Source of the DNA: Bacteroidia bacterium
Lineage (GTDB): Bacteria > Bacteroidota > Bacteroidia > M30B66
NCBI GenBank assembly: GCA_965279035.1
Contig: OZ257142.1
Span: 768,001 to 832,000, forward strand
Reading direction: 5' to 3'
Length of the DNA stretch: 64,000 bases
Shown: positions 1 through 9,974 of the stretch, one piece after another
Numbering within the stretch: position 1 is the stretch's first letter
Layout: every line of letters begins with the position of its first letter
Notes under the pieces: model-generated
Database searches by the model: none
What the model was told of the DNA's origin: nothing
Seen by the model: only the letters and a program-made list of their open reading frames with translations
Translations under genes and position numbers: made by a program

Positions 1-37
1 TTAGTCTATTTTGAATTTCTTCTCCAATGTGTATCAT
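1..37 (-). CDS. N-terminus of a probable XRE/Cro-family HTH regulator (runs off the window)
   Basis: ATG at 37 on the minus strand reads MIHIGEEIQNRL and stays open to the edge; HIGxxI starts are typical of small Bacteroidota XRE proteins. Only 12 codons are visible. Confidence 0.45.
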   Translation of the reverse strand, partial: MIHIGEEIQNRL

Positions 38-212
38 ATCAGGATTATAATTAGGCTATATGTAATAGTGAAATGTTAATGCAACAAATATTTGCGATAA
101 GTTTTAATAAAACAAGAGAAAATGCACCAAATTATATAACAACCTGCACGCTAGTTTACAACTTTGCTACTTTGTTTTATAGAATTGATGCAGAAATAGG
201 TGTTTTGGATAA

Positions 213-980
213 TTAGTAATTAGATAATATCCACCCTTTTACTGTATCAATAAATTCTGCTGGCTTTTCTGCGTGGAGCCAATGTCCAGCATTTTCCATT
301 ATCAAAAATGTTGTATTCGGAAATTGTTTTCTAATTTCAGAATACTCTTCCTTCATAATATATCGGCTATTGCCTCCATGATAAAACAAGGTTGGAACAA
401 AACAAATTCCTGCCGGTAATGCTTCTCCAACATTTTCAATCTTGTCAGTCAATACATTCAAATTAAATCTCCATGCAAATTTATTTTCAGGAGTTCGATA
501 TAGATTTTTCAGTAAAAACTGTTTCGTCCCTTCGTCTTTAATTGATTCAGTTAAAATTTCTTCTGCTTCTTTACGAGTAGTTATTTTTTCAGGATGAATT
601 GAATTTAATCCCTGCAAAATTTCTTCATGATGTGGCTTGTAATAACGCGGTCCTATATCTGCAATCAATAATGAATACAAGCGGTCAGGAAATTTTTGAG
701 CAATTCGCATCGCAACTTTACCTCCCATACTATGTCCAATTAAATGAACCTTCTTGAGACCGAGATGATTCATAGTTTCAACCACATCATCCGCCATAAA
801 CTCATAATTGAATGCATCTGAGTGGCCCGATTGACCATGATTACGAAGGTCAAACGTAAAAACACTAAACTGATCTCCTAAATTCCGAGCGATACCTGTC
901 CAATTATCACTCTGGCCAAATAATCCATGTAAAATAATAATGACTTCCCCTTCTCCAAAATGACGTTCAAAAAGTATCAT
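213..980 (-). CDS. alpha/beta-fold esterase, YbfF/ABHD11-like
   Basis: LHGLFG, DLRNHG, GHSMGG nucleophile elbow, GHWLHAE catalytic His. Confidence 0.9.
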   Translation of the reverse strand: MILFERHFGEGEVIIILHGLFGQSDNWTGIARNLGDQFSVFTFDLRNHGQSGHSDAFNYEFMADDVVETMNHLGLKKVHLIGHSMGGKVAMRIAQKFPDRLYSLLIADIGPRYYKPHHEEILQGLNSIHPEKITTRKEAEEILTESIKDEGTKQFLLKNLYRTPENKFAWRFNLNVLTDKIENVGEALPAGICFVPTLFYHGGNSRYIMKEEYSEIRKQFPNTTFLIMENAGHWLHAEKPAEFIDTVKGWILSNY

Positions 981-1690
981 GCTAATTGACGTAAATAAAG
1001 CTGAACAGTATTCTCAAGTCCTAAATACAATGCTTCTGATATAAGAGCATGACCAATTGAAACTTCAAGTAAATCGGGAACATGTTGAGAAAAAAAACGA
1101 AGATTTTCACTATTTAAATCATGTCCCGCATTTACACCAAGACCTAATTCACGGGCTTGTATAGCTGCAACTCTGTATGGTTTTACTGCATCTTCGGGCG
1201 ATTGACTATAGTTTTTAGCATAGCTTTCTGTATATAATTCAATCCGGTCTGTTCCAGTTTTTGCAGCTGAAACATACCGGTTTATTTGTGTATCCATAAA
1301 CAAGGAAACTCGAATTCCATGAGCATGAATCTCATCCACTACTTCTTTTAGAAAAGAAGATTGAACATCTGTATCCCAACCTGCATTGGATGTTAGCGCT
1401 TCTGGTGGATCGGGAACTAAAGTTACTTGACTAGGTTTGGCTTTACATACCACATCCAAAAATTCCTTCGAAGGATATCCCTCAACATTTAATTCAGTGT
1501 GAATTATCGATCTTAAATCAAAAACATCTTGATAGGTTGCATGGCGTTGATCTGGTCTTGGATGAATTGTTATTCCTTGAGCTCCAAATCGCTCAATGTT
1601 TAAAGCAGCTTCAATTAGATTGGGAAAATTAGTTCCTCTCGAATTTCGAAGTAAGGCAATCTTATTGATGTTCACACTTAATAGTGTCAT
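977..1690 (-). CDS. pdxJ: pyridoxine 5'-phosphate synthase
   Basis: LSVNINKIALLRNSRG, GITIHPRPDQRH, VNAGHDL, EVSIGHALI; start moved to ATG 1690 because a TAGATTTG -7 element lies just upstream. Confidence 0.95.
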   Translation of the reverse strand: MTLLSVNINKIALLRNSRGTNFPNLIEAALNIERFGAQGITIHPRPDQRHATYQDVFDLRSIIHTELNVEGYPSKEFLDVVCKAKPSQVTLVPDPPEALTSNAGWDTDVQSSFLKEVVDEIHAHGIRVSLFMDTQINRYVSAAKTGTDRIELYTESYAKNYSQSPEDAVKPYRVAAIQARELGLGVNAGHDLNSENLRFFSQHVPDLLEVSIGHALISEALYLGLENTVQLYLRQLA

Positions 1691-1826
1691 GGATGTTTTT
1701 TCATGCAAATCTACAAAACACGCATTGCCCGTTGTAGAAGAACTTTCAAATCCATACGTTTGTCCATCATTGAAACATTTCTTTCATTCAATCGTTTGCA
1801 AAAGAACCTGAGATATTCATTTCTCT

Positions 1827-2489
1827 ATGTTGGCACAAAACCTAATATCTGATACAATTCCACCATTAAAAACTTCCGATAGTGGGATTAAAGCCTTGCA
1901 TTGGATGGATGAATTTCGCGTTGCCCATTTGCCAATTGTGAATGAAACCGAATTCCTTGGATTAATTTCCGATACGGATATTTTAGATTTAAATGCTCCC
2001 GAAGAAGCTTTGGGGAATCATCCGCTTTCGCTCATTCGTCCCTTTGTTTATGAATCTGAACACATTTACGAAGTGTTAAAGTTAGCTGCCCGTATGCATC
2101 TTTCATTAATACCAGTCTTAGATTCTGAAAATAAATACTTGGGAAACATCAGCTTAAAATCATTGGTTGAACATTTTGCTGCTACATCTTCAGTTCTTAA
2201 TCCAGGAGGAATCATCGTTCTTGAGTTGAACCAAAATGATTACTCCCTTTCTCAAATTGCTCGAATTGTTGAAGAGAACGACACCAAAATAATGAGTCTT
2301 TCAATTGACAATAATCCTGACTCAACACAAATTGAGTTGACAATCAAAGTGAATCGTGAAGATATACGTGCAATTCTAGCATCATTTGCTCGATATAATC
2401 TAACCGTAAAAGCAACATTTCAACAATCTGAATTCTCTGAAGATCTTCGTAATCGATTTGATCTTTTTATGAATTACATCAACATGTAG
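1827..2489 (+). CDS. CBS-pair protein with C-terminal ACT-like domain
   Basis: Two CBS repeats (HLPIV..FLGLIS; LIPVLD..YLGNIS); sits directly upstream of nadK. Confidence 0.85.
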   Translation: MLAQNLISDTIPPLKTSDSGIKALHWMDEFRVAHLPIVNETEFLGLISDTDILDLNAPEEALGNHPLSLIRPFVYESEHIYEVLKLAARMHLSLIPVLDSENKYLGNISLKSLVEHFAATSSVLNPGGIIVLELNQNDYSLSQIARIVEENDTKIMSLSIDNNPDSTQIELTIKVNREDIRAILASFARYNLTVKATFQQSEFSEDLRNRFDLFMNYINM

Positions 2490-2571
2490 AGAATATTCAT
2501 TCAATGTTCTTCTTGTTCCGTTTTTTCATGCTCTTTGATCCATATCTTCGTTCTTTAACGAATTTGGAATT

Positions 2572-3450
2572 ATGTTGATTGCCATTTTTGGAAGATCATT
2601 TTCAGAAAATCGAACTCAAGTAGTTAGCCAATTGTATACAGCTCTTGCCGAAGCAGGAGTTGATTTAATTATTTATGAGCCATTTCTAAATGCTACTCGT
2701 TCACTTTTACATGATGGTGTTACAGTACAGTCTTTTCAATCGGCTGATGAAATTAATCGATCGATAAGTTGTTTAATTACAATAGGTGGTGATGGAACAC
2801 TATTAGAAGCAATCACCTATATCCGAGATTCTGATGTTCCCGTTCTTGGTATAAACACCGGGCGCTTGGGTTTTTTAGCTGGTTTTTCACAAGATGAAAT
2901 TCCACTTGCTGTCAATATGGCTATTAACAAAACCTATTTTATTGATGAACGAACTTTGCTCCATTTAGAAATAGATGGCAGCGCATTTTCTGATTTTCCT
3001 TTTGCATTAAACGATATCACACTGCATAAAAAAGAAAACTCCACCATGATTACTGTTCATACAAAATTGAACGGTGATTATTTAAATTCGTATTGGGCAG
3101 ATGGTTTAATTGTCGCATCTCCAACAGGTTCATCTGGCTATTCTTTAAGTTGCGGAGGACCTATCCTAATGCCTGAATCACCTAGTTTTATTGTTACTCC
3201 CATAGCTCCTCATAACTTAAATGTTCGCCCATTAGTTATCAATGATCAAAATGAAATTTCTATCGAAGTAGAGGTAAGAGGGAAGAATTTTCTAATTGCT
3301 TTAGATTCAAGATCTGTTTCAGTTCCCGCGCATTCAAAAATTAAAATTAAAAAGGCTCCTTTTAAAATTCGCTTGGCAAGAAAGCCTGATCAACCTTTTC
3401 TTAAAACATTAAGGGAAAAATTGATGTGGGGAATTGACCGAAGAAATTAA
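2572..3450 (+). CDS. nadK: NAD kinase
   Basis: GGDGT, GINTGRLGFL, DGLIVASPTGSSGYSLSCGGP. Confidence 0.95.
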   Translation: MLIAIFGRSFSENRTQVVSQLYTALAEAGVDLIIYEPFLNATRSLLHDGVTVQSFQSADEINRSISCLITIGGDGTLLEAITYIRDSDVPVLGINTGRLGFLAGFSQDEIPLAVNMAINKTYFIDERTLLHLEIDGSAFSDFPFALNDITLHKKENSTMITVHTKLNGDYLNSYWADGLIVASPTGSSGYSLSCGGPILMPESPSFIVTPIAPHNLNVRPLVINDQNEISIEVEVRGKNFLIALDSRSVSVPAHSKIKIKKAPFKIRLARKPDQPFLKTLREKLMWGIDRRN

Positions 3451-3551
3451 GTGAGAAATCCTCCATATTAAATCTAATTATTCGTTTCTTTCAATTCATT
3501 CTCGCTTACCATTTTTGGTATATTTGCCATAACTGCCAATAATACTTTAAG

Positions 3552-4478
3552 ATGAGGAAATTAATACTCCTTAGCATTTTTTTGCTATCAATTGCTTTTT
3601 CAGCTCAAGCTCAACGAAAAGGCAAAGGACGATTTTTAGATCGTTGTGAAAGTACTTATGGTATTGGGTTTACAAACTTTCTTGGCGAACTTGGAGGAGC
3701 AAACCAATTCGGTACCAATGGACTAAAAGATTTGGAAATGATCTTGACTCGTCCTGCTGTTCATTTAGGATTTCGTTATCGGAAAAATCCAGTTCTATCT
3801 TTTAAATTTAACTTAAACTATGGTCGAGTTGCTGGTCGAGATAGTTTAACGCGAGAACCTTTTCGTAAAAACAGAAATTTAAGTTTCCGTTCACCCATTT
3901 TTGAGACTTCTTTTCAAGTTGAGATTTCTGTTTTGCAGTTGAAATCATCGAAAAGTATTTACAAACTCCAAGGGGTAAGAGGTAAAAGCGGTATTGACTT
4001 GAATATTTATTTTTTCGCAGGTGTTGGTGGATTTTATTTTAATCCCAAAGCTTTATTAGGAGGAAGATGGTGGGCTCTTCAGCCTCTTGGTACTGAAGGT
4101 CAAGGAATTGCTGCTTCAAGAACACCTTATAAACGTTTCCAAATGTGTTTTCCAATTGGATTCGGATTCCGTGTACCATTGCCTGATAAACGTTGGACGA
4201 TCGGTTTTGAATACGGAATGAGAATTACAACAACCGATTATATCGATGATGTAAGTACTTCATACTTTTCTCCTACGTTGATTGCTGATAAAAACGGTCC
4301 TGTAGCTGCTGCATTATCGAATAGAGCAAATCCATTCTCATCCGATTTTATCAAAGGTTCTGCTGCAACAGGTCAACAACGTGGCGACCCAACCGATCGT
4401 GATGCATATATGTTTGGTATAATTACCATGACTTATCGCTTGAAATCAGGAAAATCAATCCTTCCAAAATTCCGGTAA
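3552..4478 (+). CDS. outer-membrane beta-barrel, DUF6089/PorG-like paralogue 1
   Basis: Signal peptide; RNLSFRS, LQPLGTEGQG, TDYIDDVS and GQQRG motifs shared with the next gene; TATATTTG promoter at 3519-3526. Confidence 0.75.
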   Translation: MRKLILLSIFLLSIAFSAQAQRKGKGRFLDRCESTYGIGFTNFLGELGGANQFGTNGLKDLEMILTRPAVHLGFRYRKNPVLSFKFNLNYGRVAGRDSLTREPFRKNRNLSFRSPIFETSFQVEISVLQLKSSKSIYKLQGVRGKSGIDLNIYFFAGVGGFYFNPKALLGGRWWALQPLGTEGQGIAASRTPYKRFQMCFPIGFGFRVPLPDKRWTIGFEYGMRITTTDYIDDVSTSYFSPTLIADKNGPVAAALSNRANPFSSDFIKGSAATGQQRGDPTDRDAYMFGIITMTYRLKSGKSILPKFR

Positions 4479-4511
4479 CCAAACTACGTTATCAAAAGTA
4501 TACTCCTTCGT

Positions 4512-5348
4512 ATGCGATCTTCATTCATCGGATTTTTGTTGCTGTTATTTTTTACACTATCAGCTCAAGCTCAAGTTTTTAATAAGTACTCTGAATTAGG
4601 ATTATTTGGAGGCGTTTCCTATTATATGGGTGATTTAAACCCTGGGAAACAGTTTTTTATGGTTCGTCCTGGTGGAGGTATCGTTTATCGATATAATCCA
4701 AGTCGCCGCTTTGCATGGGAAATTCATGGATTGTATGGAAGTGTTCAAGCCGATGATGCTAAATCAGGTAAAGACAATCAAATCTCTAGAAATCTATCCT
4801 TCCGATCTCAAGTGATTGAATTTGCTGGAATGTTGCATTTCAACTTTTTTAATTATGAAATAGGGAATCCCGAAACACCAGCTACTCCTTATATTTTCGG
4901 TGGTATTGGTTTGTTTCGATACAATCCTAAAGCAGATTATCAGGGAGAATGGGTTGCTTTACAACCTTTAGGTACTGAAGGTCAGGGCTCTACAAAATAT
5001 GCAAGTAGAAAACAGTATTCTTTAATGGGAGCAACACTTCCTTTCGGTTTTGGAGTTAAGTTTCATGCCTTTAATCGTTTGGGTGTTAGTATTGAATGGG
5101 GACTCCGAAAAACATTTACAGATTATTTAGATGATGTAAGTTCCACCTATGCCGACCCCGATGTTTTATTTGCTACTCATGGGGTTTTGTCTGCAACATT
5201 AGCCGATAGATCATTAGTCAATCCTGGAAAAGTGAATACAGGTCGCCAAAGAGGATATAGCACAAATAAAGACTGGTATTCTTTCGCTGGACTTACTCTT
5301 ACATATAAGATTGTACCTCGAAAAGCCGAATGTGCGGCTTACAAGTAA
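4512..5348 (+). CDS. porG: outer-membrane beta-barrel, DUF6089/PorG-like paralogue 2
   Basis: Signal peptide, Y.GDLN, RNLSFRS, TDYLDDVS, DWY.F.G.TLTY; occupies the position directly upstream of uppS-bamA-skp where porG is known. Confidence 0.7.
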   Translation: MRSSFIGFLLLLFFTLSAQAQVFNKYSELGLFGGVSYYMGDLNPGKQFFMVRPGGGIVYRYNPSRRFAWEIHGLYGSVQADDAKSGKDNQISRNLSFRSQVIEFAGMLHFNFFNYEIGNPETPATPYIFGGIGLFRYNPKADYQGEWVALQPLGTEGQGSTKYASRKQYSLMGATLPFGFGVKFHAFNRLGVSIEWGLRKTFTDYLDDVSSTYADPDVLFATHGVLSATLADRSLVNPGKVNTGRQRGYSTNKDWYSFAGLTLTYKIVPRKAECAAYK

Positions 5349-5399
5349 TCCGTTATCTTTGCGCGTTCATGCCGGTTGAAATTTCGGCGCAATGCTCAA

Positions 5400-6149
5400 A
5401 TGGCGAATAAAGAAGAAATCAATACACATACGCTACCTGCTCACATTGCCGTTATCATGGACGGAAATGGCCGTTGGGCTAAAATGCAAGGTAAATTAAG
5501 AACATTTGGACACGAAAGTGGTGTAAAAGCCGTTAGAGAAACAGTGGAAGCGTGTGCCGAATTAGGTGTTCCTTATCTCACCATGTATGCCTTTTCTACA
5601 GAAAATTGGAATCGTCCTCAATATGAAATTAACGCCTTAATGACTTTACTCGTTAGCACAATTAGTAAAGAAACAAAGACACTCATGGATAATAACATTC
5701 GTTTAGAATCCATTGGTGACATAGAATCATTACCCAAAAAGTGTCAAAGAGAACTAAAAGAAGCAAAAGAGAAAACAGCTGCAAATTCTCGAATGACATT
5801 GGTTTTGGCTTTAAGCTATAGTTCACGTTGGGAAATAACAAACGCAGTAAAGAATATAGCTGCTCGAGTTGAGTTAGGCGAAATTAAATCGGAGGATATT
5901 ACCGAGAAAATGATTTCTAACTATTTGACTACTTCGGGAATGCCCGATCCTGAATTATTAATTAGAACCTCAGGCGAACATCGAATTAGTAACTTTTTAC
6001 TTTGGCAAATCTCATACGCTGAACTTTACTTTACCGACAAGCTTTGGCCAGATTTCAGAAAAGAAGATTTATACGACGCAATTGTCAGCTTTCAACAGCG
6101 CGAAAGACGCTTTGGCAAGACAAGCGAACAATTGAATTTAAAATCATGA
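5400..6149 (+). CDS. uppS: undecaprenyl diphosphate synthase
   Basis: IMDGNGRWA, FSTENWNRP, LLIRTSGE.RISNFLLWQ; TATCTTTG promoter at 5354-5361. Confidence 0.95.
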   Translation: MANKEEINTHTLPAHIAVIMDGNGRWAKMQGKLRTFGHESGVKAVRETVEACAELGVPYLTMYAFSTENWNRPQYEINALMTLLVSTISKETKTLMDNNIRLESIGDIESLPKKCQRELKEAKEKTAANSRMTLVLALSYSSRWEITNAVKNIAARVELGEIKSEDITEKMISNYLTTSGMPDPELLIRTSGEHRISNFLLWQISYAELYFTDKLWPDFRKEDLYDAIVSFQQRERRFGKTSEQLNLKS

Positions 6150-8677
6150 TGCGGAAAATTACCAGACAGATTTTAGTGCTGCTTTTATTCATTTCCTATG
6201 CTTCGGTTTCTGCTCAATTAGTACCAGGGGCAGCAATTGAATCTATAAGTTATAGTGCTCCTAAAGAATATGAAATTGCTGATATTACTTTTCAAACAAA
6301 GGATAATAGCAACCTTGATCAAAACATATTACGTTTATTATCAGGCTTAAATAAAGGAGATAAAATCATGATTCCCGGAGATCGGGTGAGTAGTGCCATT
6401 GAAGCACTTTGGAAGCAAGGACTGTTTACTGGTATTGAAGTGAAGGCATCAAAGATTGAAGGTGATAAAATTTACTTAGTTATTTTTTTAGAAGAAAGAG
6501 CTAGACTTTCTCGATTCCGATTCGTTGGAGTGAAAAAAAATGAGGCCGACGATTTACGTGAACAAATCAAACTCATTCGAGGAAAGCCAGTGAATGAGAA
6601 TCTACTTGTAAATACTCGAAATACTGTTAAGGAGTTTTTCGTTGATAAAGGGTATATGAATGTGGATGTGAATGTGAATACATCAGCAGACACAATTCCC
6701 GGTGGGGGCGTTATGATGAATATTCTTGTGAATAAGAATCGGCGTGTTAAAATCCATAAAATCAATATCAATGGAAATGAGTTCGTTTCTGATCGAAAAC
6801 TCAAAAAGAAAATGAAAAACACCAAGGAAAACCCTTGGTACAGCATATTTACAACTTCCAAATACATGGAAGATAATTATGTAGAAGACAAAAATAAATT
6901 GCTAGGGATTTATTTCGACAAAGGTTTTAAAGACGCTCGAATTATTAAAGACACAATTTATAAGTATGATTCTAAACGAATAAACATTGATATTCAGATT
7001 GATGAAGGGAAACAGTATTTCTTTCGAAATATCACTTGGGTTGGAAACATTAAATACAATTCGAAACAATTAACTGATATCCTTGGAATTAAAAAAGGTG
7101 AGATTTACAATCAAGCAACCTTGGAGCAAAATCTTTTTATGAATGCTTCTGAATCGGATGTATCCTCACTTTATATGAATGATGGTCACTTGTTTTTCCA
7201 AGTAACTCCTGTAGAAACTTTTGTAGATAATGATTCGGTTGATATAGAAATGCGTGTTTATGAAGGGAAACAAGCAAGAATTAATCGTGTTACTGTTACG
7301 GGAAATGATAAAACCAACGACCATGTTGTAATGCGTGAAATTAGAACGCGACCAGGGCAATTGTTTCGTCGTTCAGATATCATTCGTACACAAAGAGAGC
7401 TTTCTCAATTAGGATATTTCGATCCTGAGAAAATGGGTGTTAATCCTGTTCCAAATCCACAAGATGGAACCGTTGATATTGAATATAAAGTAGAAGAAAA
7501 ACCATCTGATCAATTACAACTCTCAGGTGGTTGGGGAGCAGGACGACTCATTGGTAATTTAGGTTTGGCATTTAATAATTTTAGTGCAAAACGCTTTTTA
7601 AAGAAATCAGCTTGGAGGCCTTTACCTTCAGGTGATGGGCAGAGATTGTCGATCAATGCATCATCAACTGGACGGGCATTTCAAAGTTATAACCTTTCAT
7701 TTACTGAGCCTTGGTTAGGTGGCAAAAAGCCGAATTCATTAACAGTTACAGCCTATCATTCAATCTATGGAAATGGGGCAGCAAAGAATGACCCTACACG
7801 AAGTTTGACAAAGAATACAGGTATTATTTTAGGATATGGTCGTCGATTACGTTGGCCTGATGACTTCTTTACACTTCAACAATCCGTGAGTTTTCAATAC
7901 TATGAATTAGTAAACTCAACAGCATTTGAATTGAAAAATGGATTTGCGAATAACTTGAGTTTTACAACAACACTTTCAAGGAATTCTATCGATGCTCCTA
8001 TTTATCCTAAATCAGGATCCAACATTAGTTTTTCTCTACAATTTACTCCTCCCTATTCGTTAATTAATAATACGCCTGCAAACGAATTAGTAACACTTGA
8101 ACAGCGATACAAATGGGTGGAATTTCACAAATGGAAATTTGATGCTCAATGGTTTACGCCATTATCTCGGAATAAAAACACCTTGGTCTTAATGACGCGA
8201 GCAAACTTCGGTTTTGTTGGTTTGTATAATCAGAATAAAGGACTTTCACCATTTGAACGTTTCCGTTATGGAGGAACTGGCCTTAGTGGACTCACTTGGG
8301 GAGCTCAATTTCTCGGGGCAGAAATTGTCGGACTTAGAGGATATCAGGATGGTTCAATTTCAAAAGGTGCAACAGGAGGAGTTGGCGATGCTCCAATTTA
8401 CAGTCGATACACCATGGAGTTACGATTCCCAATTTCATTAAACCCTTCTGCAACAGTTTTTGCATTGGGATTTCTTGAAGGAGGAAATGCATGGACTAGC
8501 TTTAAAGACTACAATCCATTCAATATAAAGCGGTCTGCGGGAGTTGGTGTTCGAGTATTTTTACCCATGTTTGGATTACTTGGACTTGATTATGGATTTC
8601 GTTTCGATGATGTGCCTGGGTATTCAGGAATGCCTAAAAGCCAATTTCACTTTATTATCGGACAAAACTTTAATTGA
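6146..8677 (+). CDS. bamA: outer membrane protein assembly factor BamA
   Basis: POTRA repeats, barrel with LRGY loop-6 motif, aromatic C-terminus; ATGA overlap with the uppS stop sets the start. Confidence 0.95.
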   Translation: MMRKITRQILVLLLFISYASVSAQLVPGAAIESISYSAPKEYEIADITFQTKDNSNLDQNILRLLSGLNKGDKIMIPGDRVSSAIEALWKQGLFTGIEVKASKIEGDKIYLVIFLEERARLSRFRFVGVKKNEADDLREQIKLIRGKPVNENLLVNTRNTVKEFFVDKGYMNVDVNVNTSADTIPGGGVMMNILVNKNRRVKIHKININGNEFVSDRKLKKKMKNTKENPWYSIFTTSKYMEDNYVEDKNKLLGIYFDKGFKDARIIKDTIYKYDSKRINIDIQIDEGKQYFFRNITWVGNIKYNSKQLTDILGIKKGEIYNQATLEQNLFMNASESDVSSLYMNDGHLFFQVTPVETFVDNDSVDIEMRVYEGKQARINRVTVTGNDKTNDHVVMREIRTRPGQLFRRSDIIRTQRELSQLGYFDPEKMGVNPVPNPQDGTVDIEYKVEEKPSDQLQLSGGWGAGRLIGNLGLAFNNFSAKRFLKKSAWRPLPSGDGQRLSINASSTGRAFQSYNLSFTEPWLGGKKPNSLTVTAYHSIYGNGAAKNDPTRSLTKNTGIILGYGRRLRWPDDFFTLQQSVSFQYYELVNSTAFELKNGFANNLSFTTTLSRNSIDAPIYPKSGSNISFSLQFTPPYSLINNTPANELVTLEQRYKWVEFHKWKFDAQWFTPLSRNKNTLVLMTRANFGFVGLYNQNKGLSPFERFRYGGTGLSGLTWGAQFLGAEIVGLRGYQDGSISKGATGGVGDAPIYSRYTMELRFPISLNPSATVFALGFLEGGNAWTSFKDYNPFNIKRSAGVGVRVFLPMFGLLGLDYGFRFDDVPGYSGMPKSQFHFIIGQNFN

Positions 8678-8783
8678 AAAAAAGAGCAATTGGATATAAG
8701 ATCTATTCCTTTGCACGATTGTTGAAAGGCCGAAAACAAATGATAAAGAAATGATTACTTTTGCACCCTCTATTCAACCGGTT

Positions 8784-9383
8784 ATGAAAAAGCTCATCTT
8801 CGCGCTTCTGGTTTTATTTTCAGCAACGACAAGCGTATCGGCACAAAAGTTCGCATACGTTGATACTCAGTATATTTTGGAGAATTTACCAGAATATAAA
8901 TCTGCTCAACAACAATTAGATCGAATTTCGATTCAATGGCAAAAAGAAATCGAGTTAAAATTTGCAGAGATAGATAAAATGTACAAAGACTTTCAGGCGG
9001 AATCGATTCTTCTAACTGATGATATGAAGAAGAAAAGGGAAGAAGAAATAATAGATAAAGAATCGGCAGCCAAAGAACTTCAAAAGCAACGATTCGGAAA
9101 AGGTGGTGATCTTTTGAAAAAAAGACAAGATTTAGTTAAACCAGTTCAGGACAAGATTTACAATGCGATTAAAGAGATTGCTACTGCTAAAAATTATGCA
9201 GTTGTATTTGATAAATCAAGTGATTTAACAATGCTATTCACAAATCCTAAGTATGATATTAGCGATCAAGTTCTTGAATCTCTAGGATATACTCCAGGTC
9301 AGAAAAATGATGATCAGAATAATTCTGATAAAGGAAATGGAGGCAGTCCTGCTTCTCCATCTGCACCAACAAATAAAAAATAA
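8784..9383 (+). CDS. skp: OmpH/Skp periplasmic chaperone
   Basis: Signal peptide, KFAYVD..YIL..LPEY, coiled coil, VFDKS; TACTTTTG promoter at 8756-8763. Confidence 0.92.
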   Translation: MKKLIFALLVLFSATTSVSAQKFAYVDTQYILENLPEYKSAQQQLDRISIQWQKEIELKFAEIDKMYKDFQAESILLTDDMKKKREEEIIDKESAAKELQKQRFGKGGDLLKKRQDLVKPVQDKIYNAIKEIATAKNYAVVFDKSSDLTMLFTNPKYDISDQVLESLGYTPGQKNDDQNNSDKGNGGSPASPSAPTNKK

Positions 9384-9399
9384 ACATTAAAAACTACGA

Positions 9400-9912
9400 A
9401 TGAAGCAATTGATCGCCTTGGCATTGTTTGCCACCGCTCTGATAGGAACGCCTGCATTGGCTCAGAAATCTAATAAGTTTGGACATATTAATTCTTCCGA
9501 ACTACTTAGTCTAATGCCAGAAAGAAAAGCAGCAGCAGCTAAAATGGATTCCATCACGAAAGATGTTGAAAAACAACTTCAGGAAATGATGACAGAGTAC
9601 AGAACTAAGCAAGAAAAATACTCTAATGAAGCTCCTAAATTATCTGAATTGTTAAAGAAAGATAGAGAAGAGGAACTCAGTGGATTAGCAACAAGAATCC
9701 AAAACTTTCAGCAGCAAGCTCAACAATCACTTGAAAAACAAGAGCAAGATTTAATTGAACCTGTTGTTTCAAAAGCTAAGAAAGCCATTGAACAAGTAGC
9801 AAAAGAAAATGGGTATACCTACATTTTTGATACTTCAGCAGGTTCCTTACTTTTTTGGGAAGAAAGTGATAACATTTTGGTTATGGTGAAGAAAAAACTG
9901 AACCTTCCTTGA
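9400..9912 (+). CDS. skp: OmpH/Skp periplasmic chaperone (second copy)
   Basis: KFGHINS.ELL..MPE, AI..VAKENGYTYIFD. Confidence 0.92.
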   Translation: MKQLIALALFATALIGTPALAQKSNKFGHINSSELLSLMPERKAAAAKMDSITKDVEKQLQEMMTEYRTKQEKYSNEAPKLSELLKKDREEELSGLATRIQNFQQQAQQSLEKQEQDLIEPVVSKAKKAIEQVAKENGYTYIFDTSAGSLLFWEESDNILVMVKKKLNLP

Positions 9913-9936
9913 TTCTTTTAAAAAAATAAAAAATGT

Positions 9937-9964
9937 AAAGCACTCCAATTGGGGTGCTTTTTTT
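9937..9964 (+). terminator. intrinsic terminator after the second skp
   Basis: AAAGCACTCCA-at-TGGGGTGCTTT hairpin followed by a T run. Confidence 0.8.
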
Positions 9965-9974
9965 ATTCTTGTAT

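Noticed and set aside
6044-6145. Upstream extensions given by the ORF track (bamA; also pdxJ, skp, murI, DUF4465, hydrolase 34225-34305, murG)
   Set aside because: Downstream ATGs fit signal peptides, stop/start overlaps or -7 promoter positions better.
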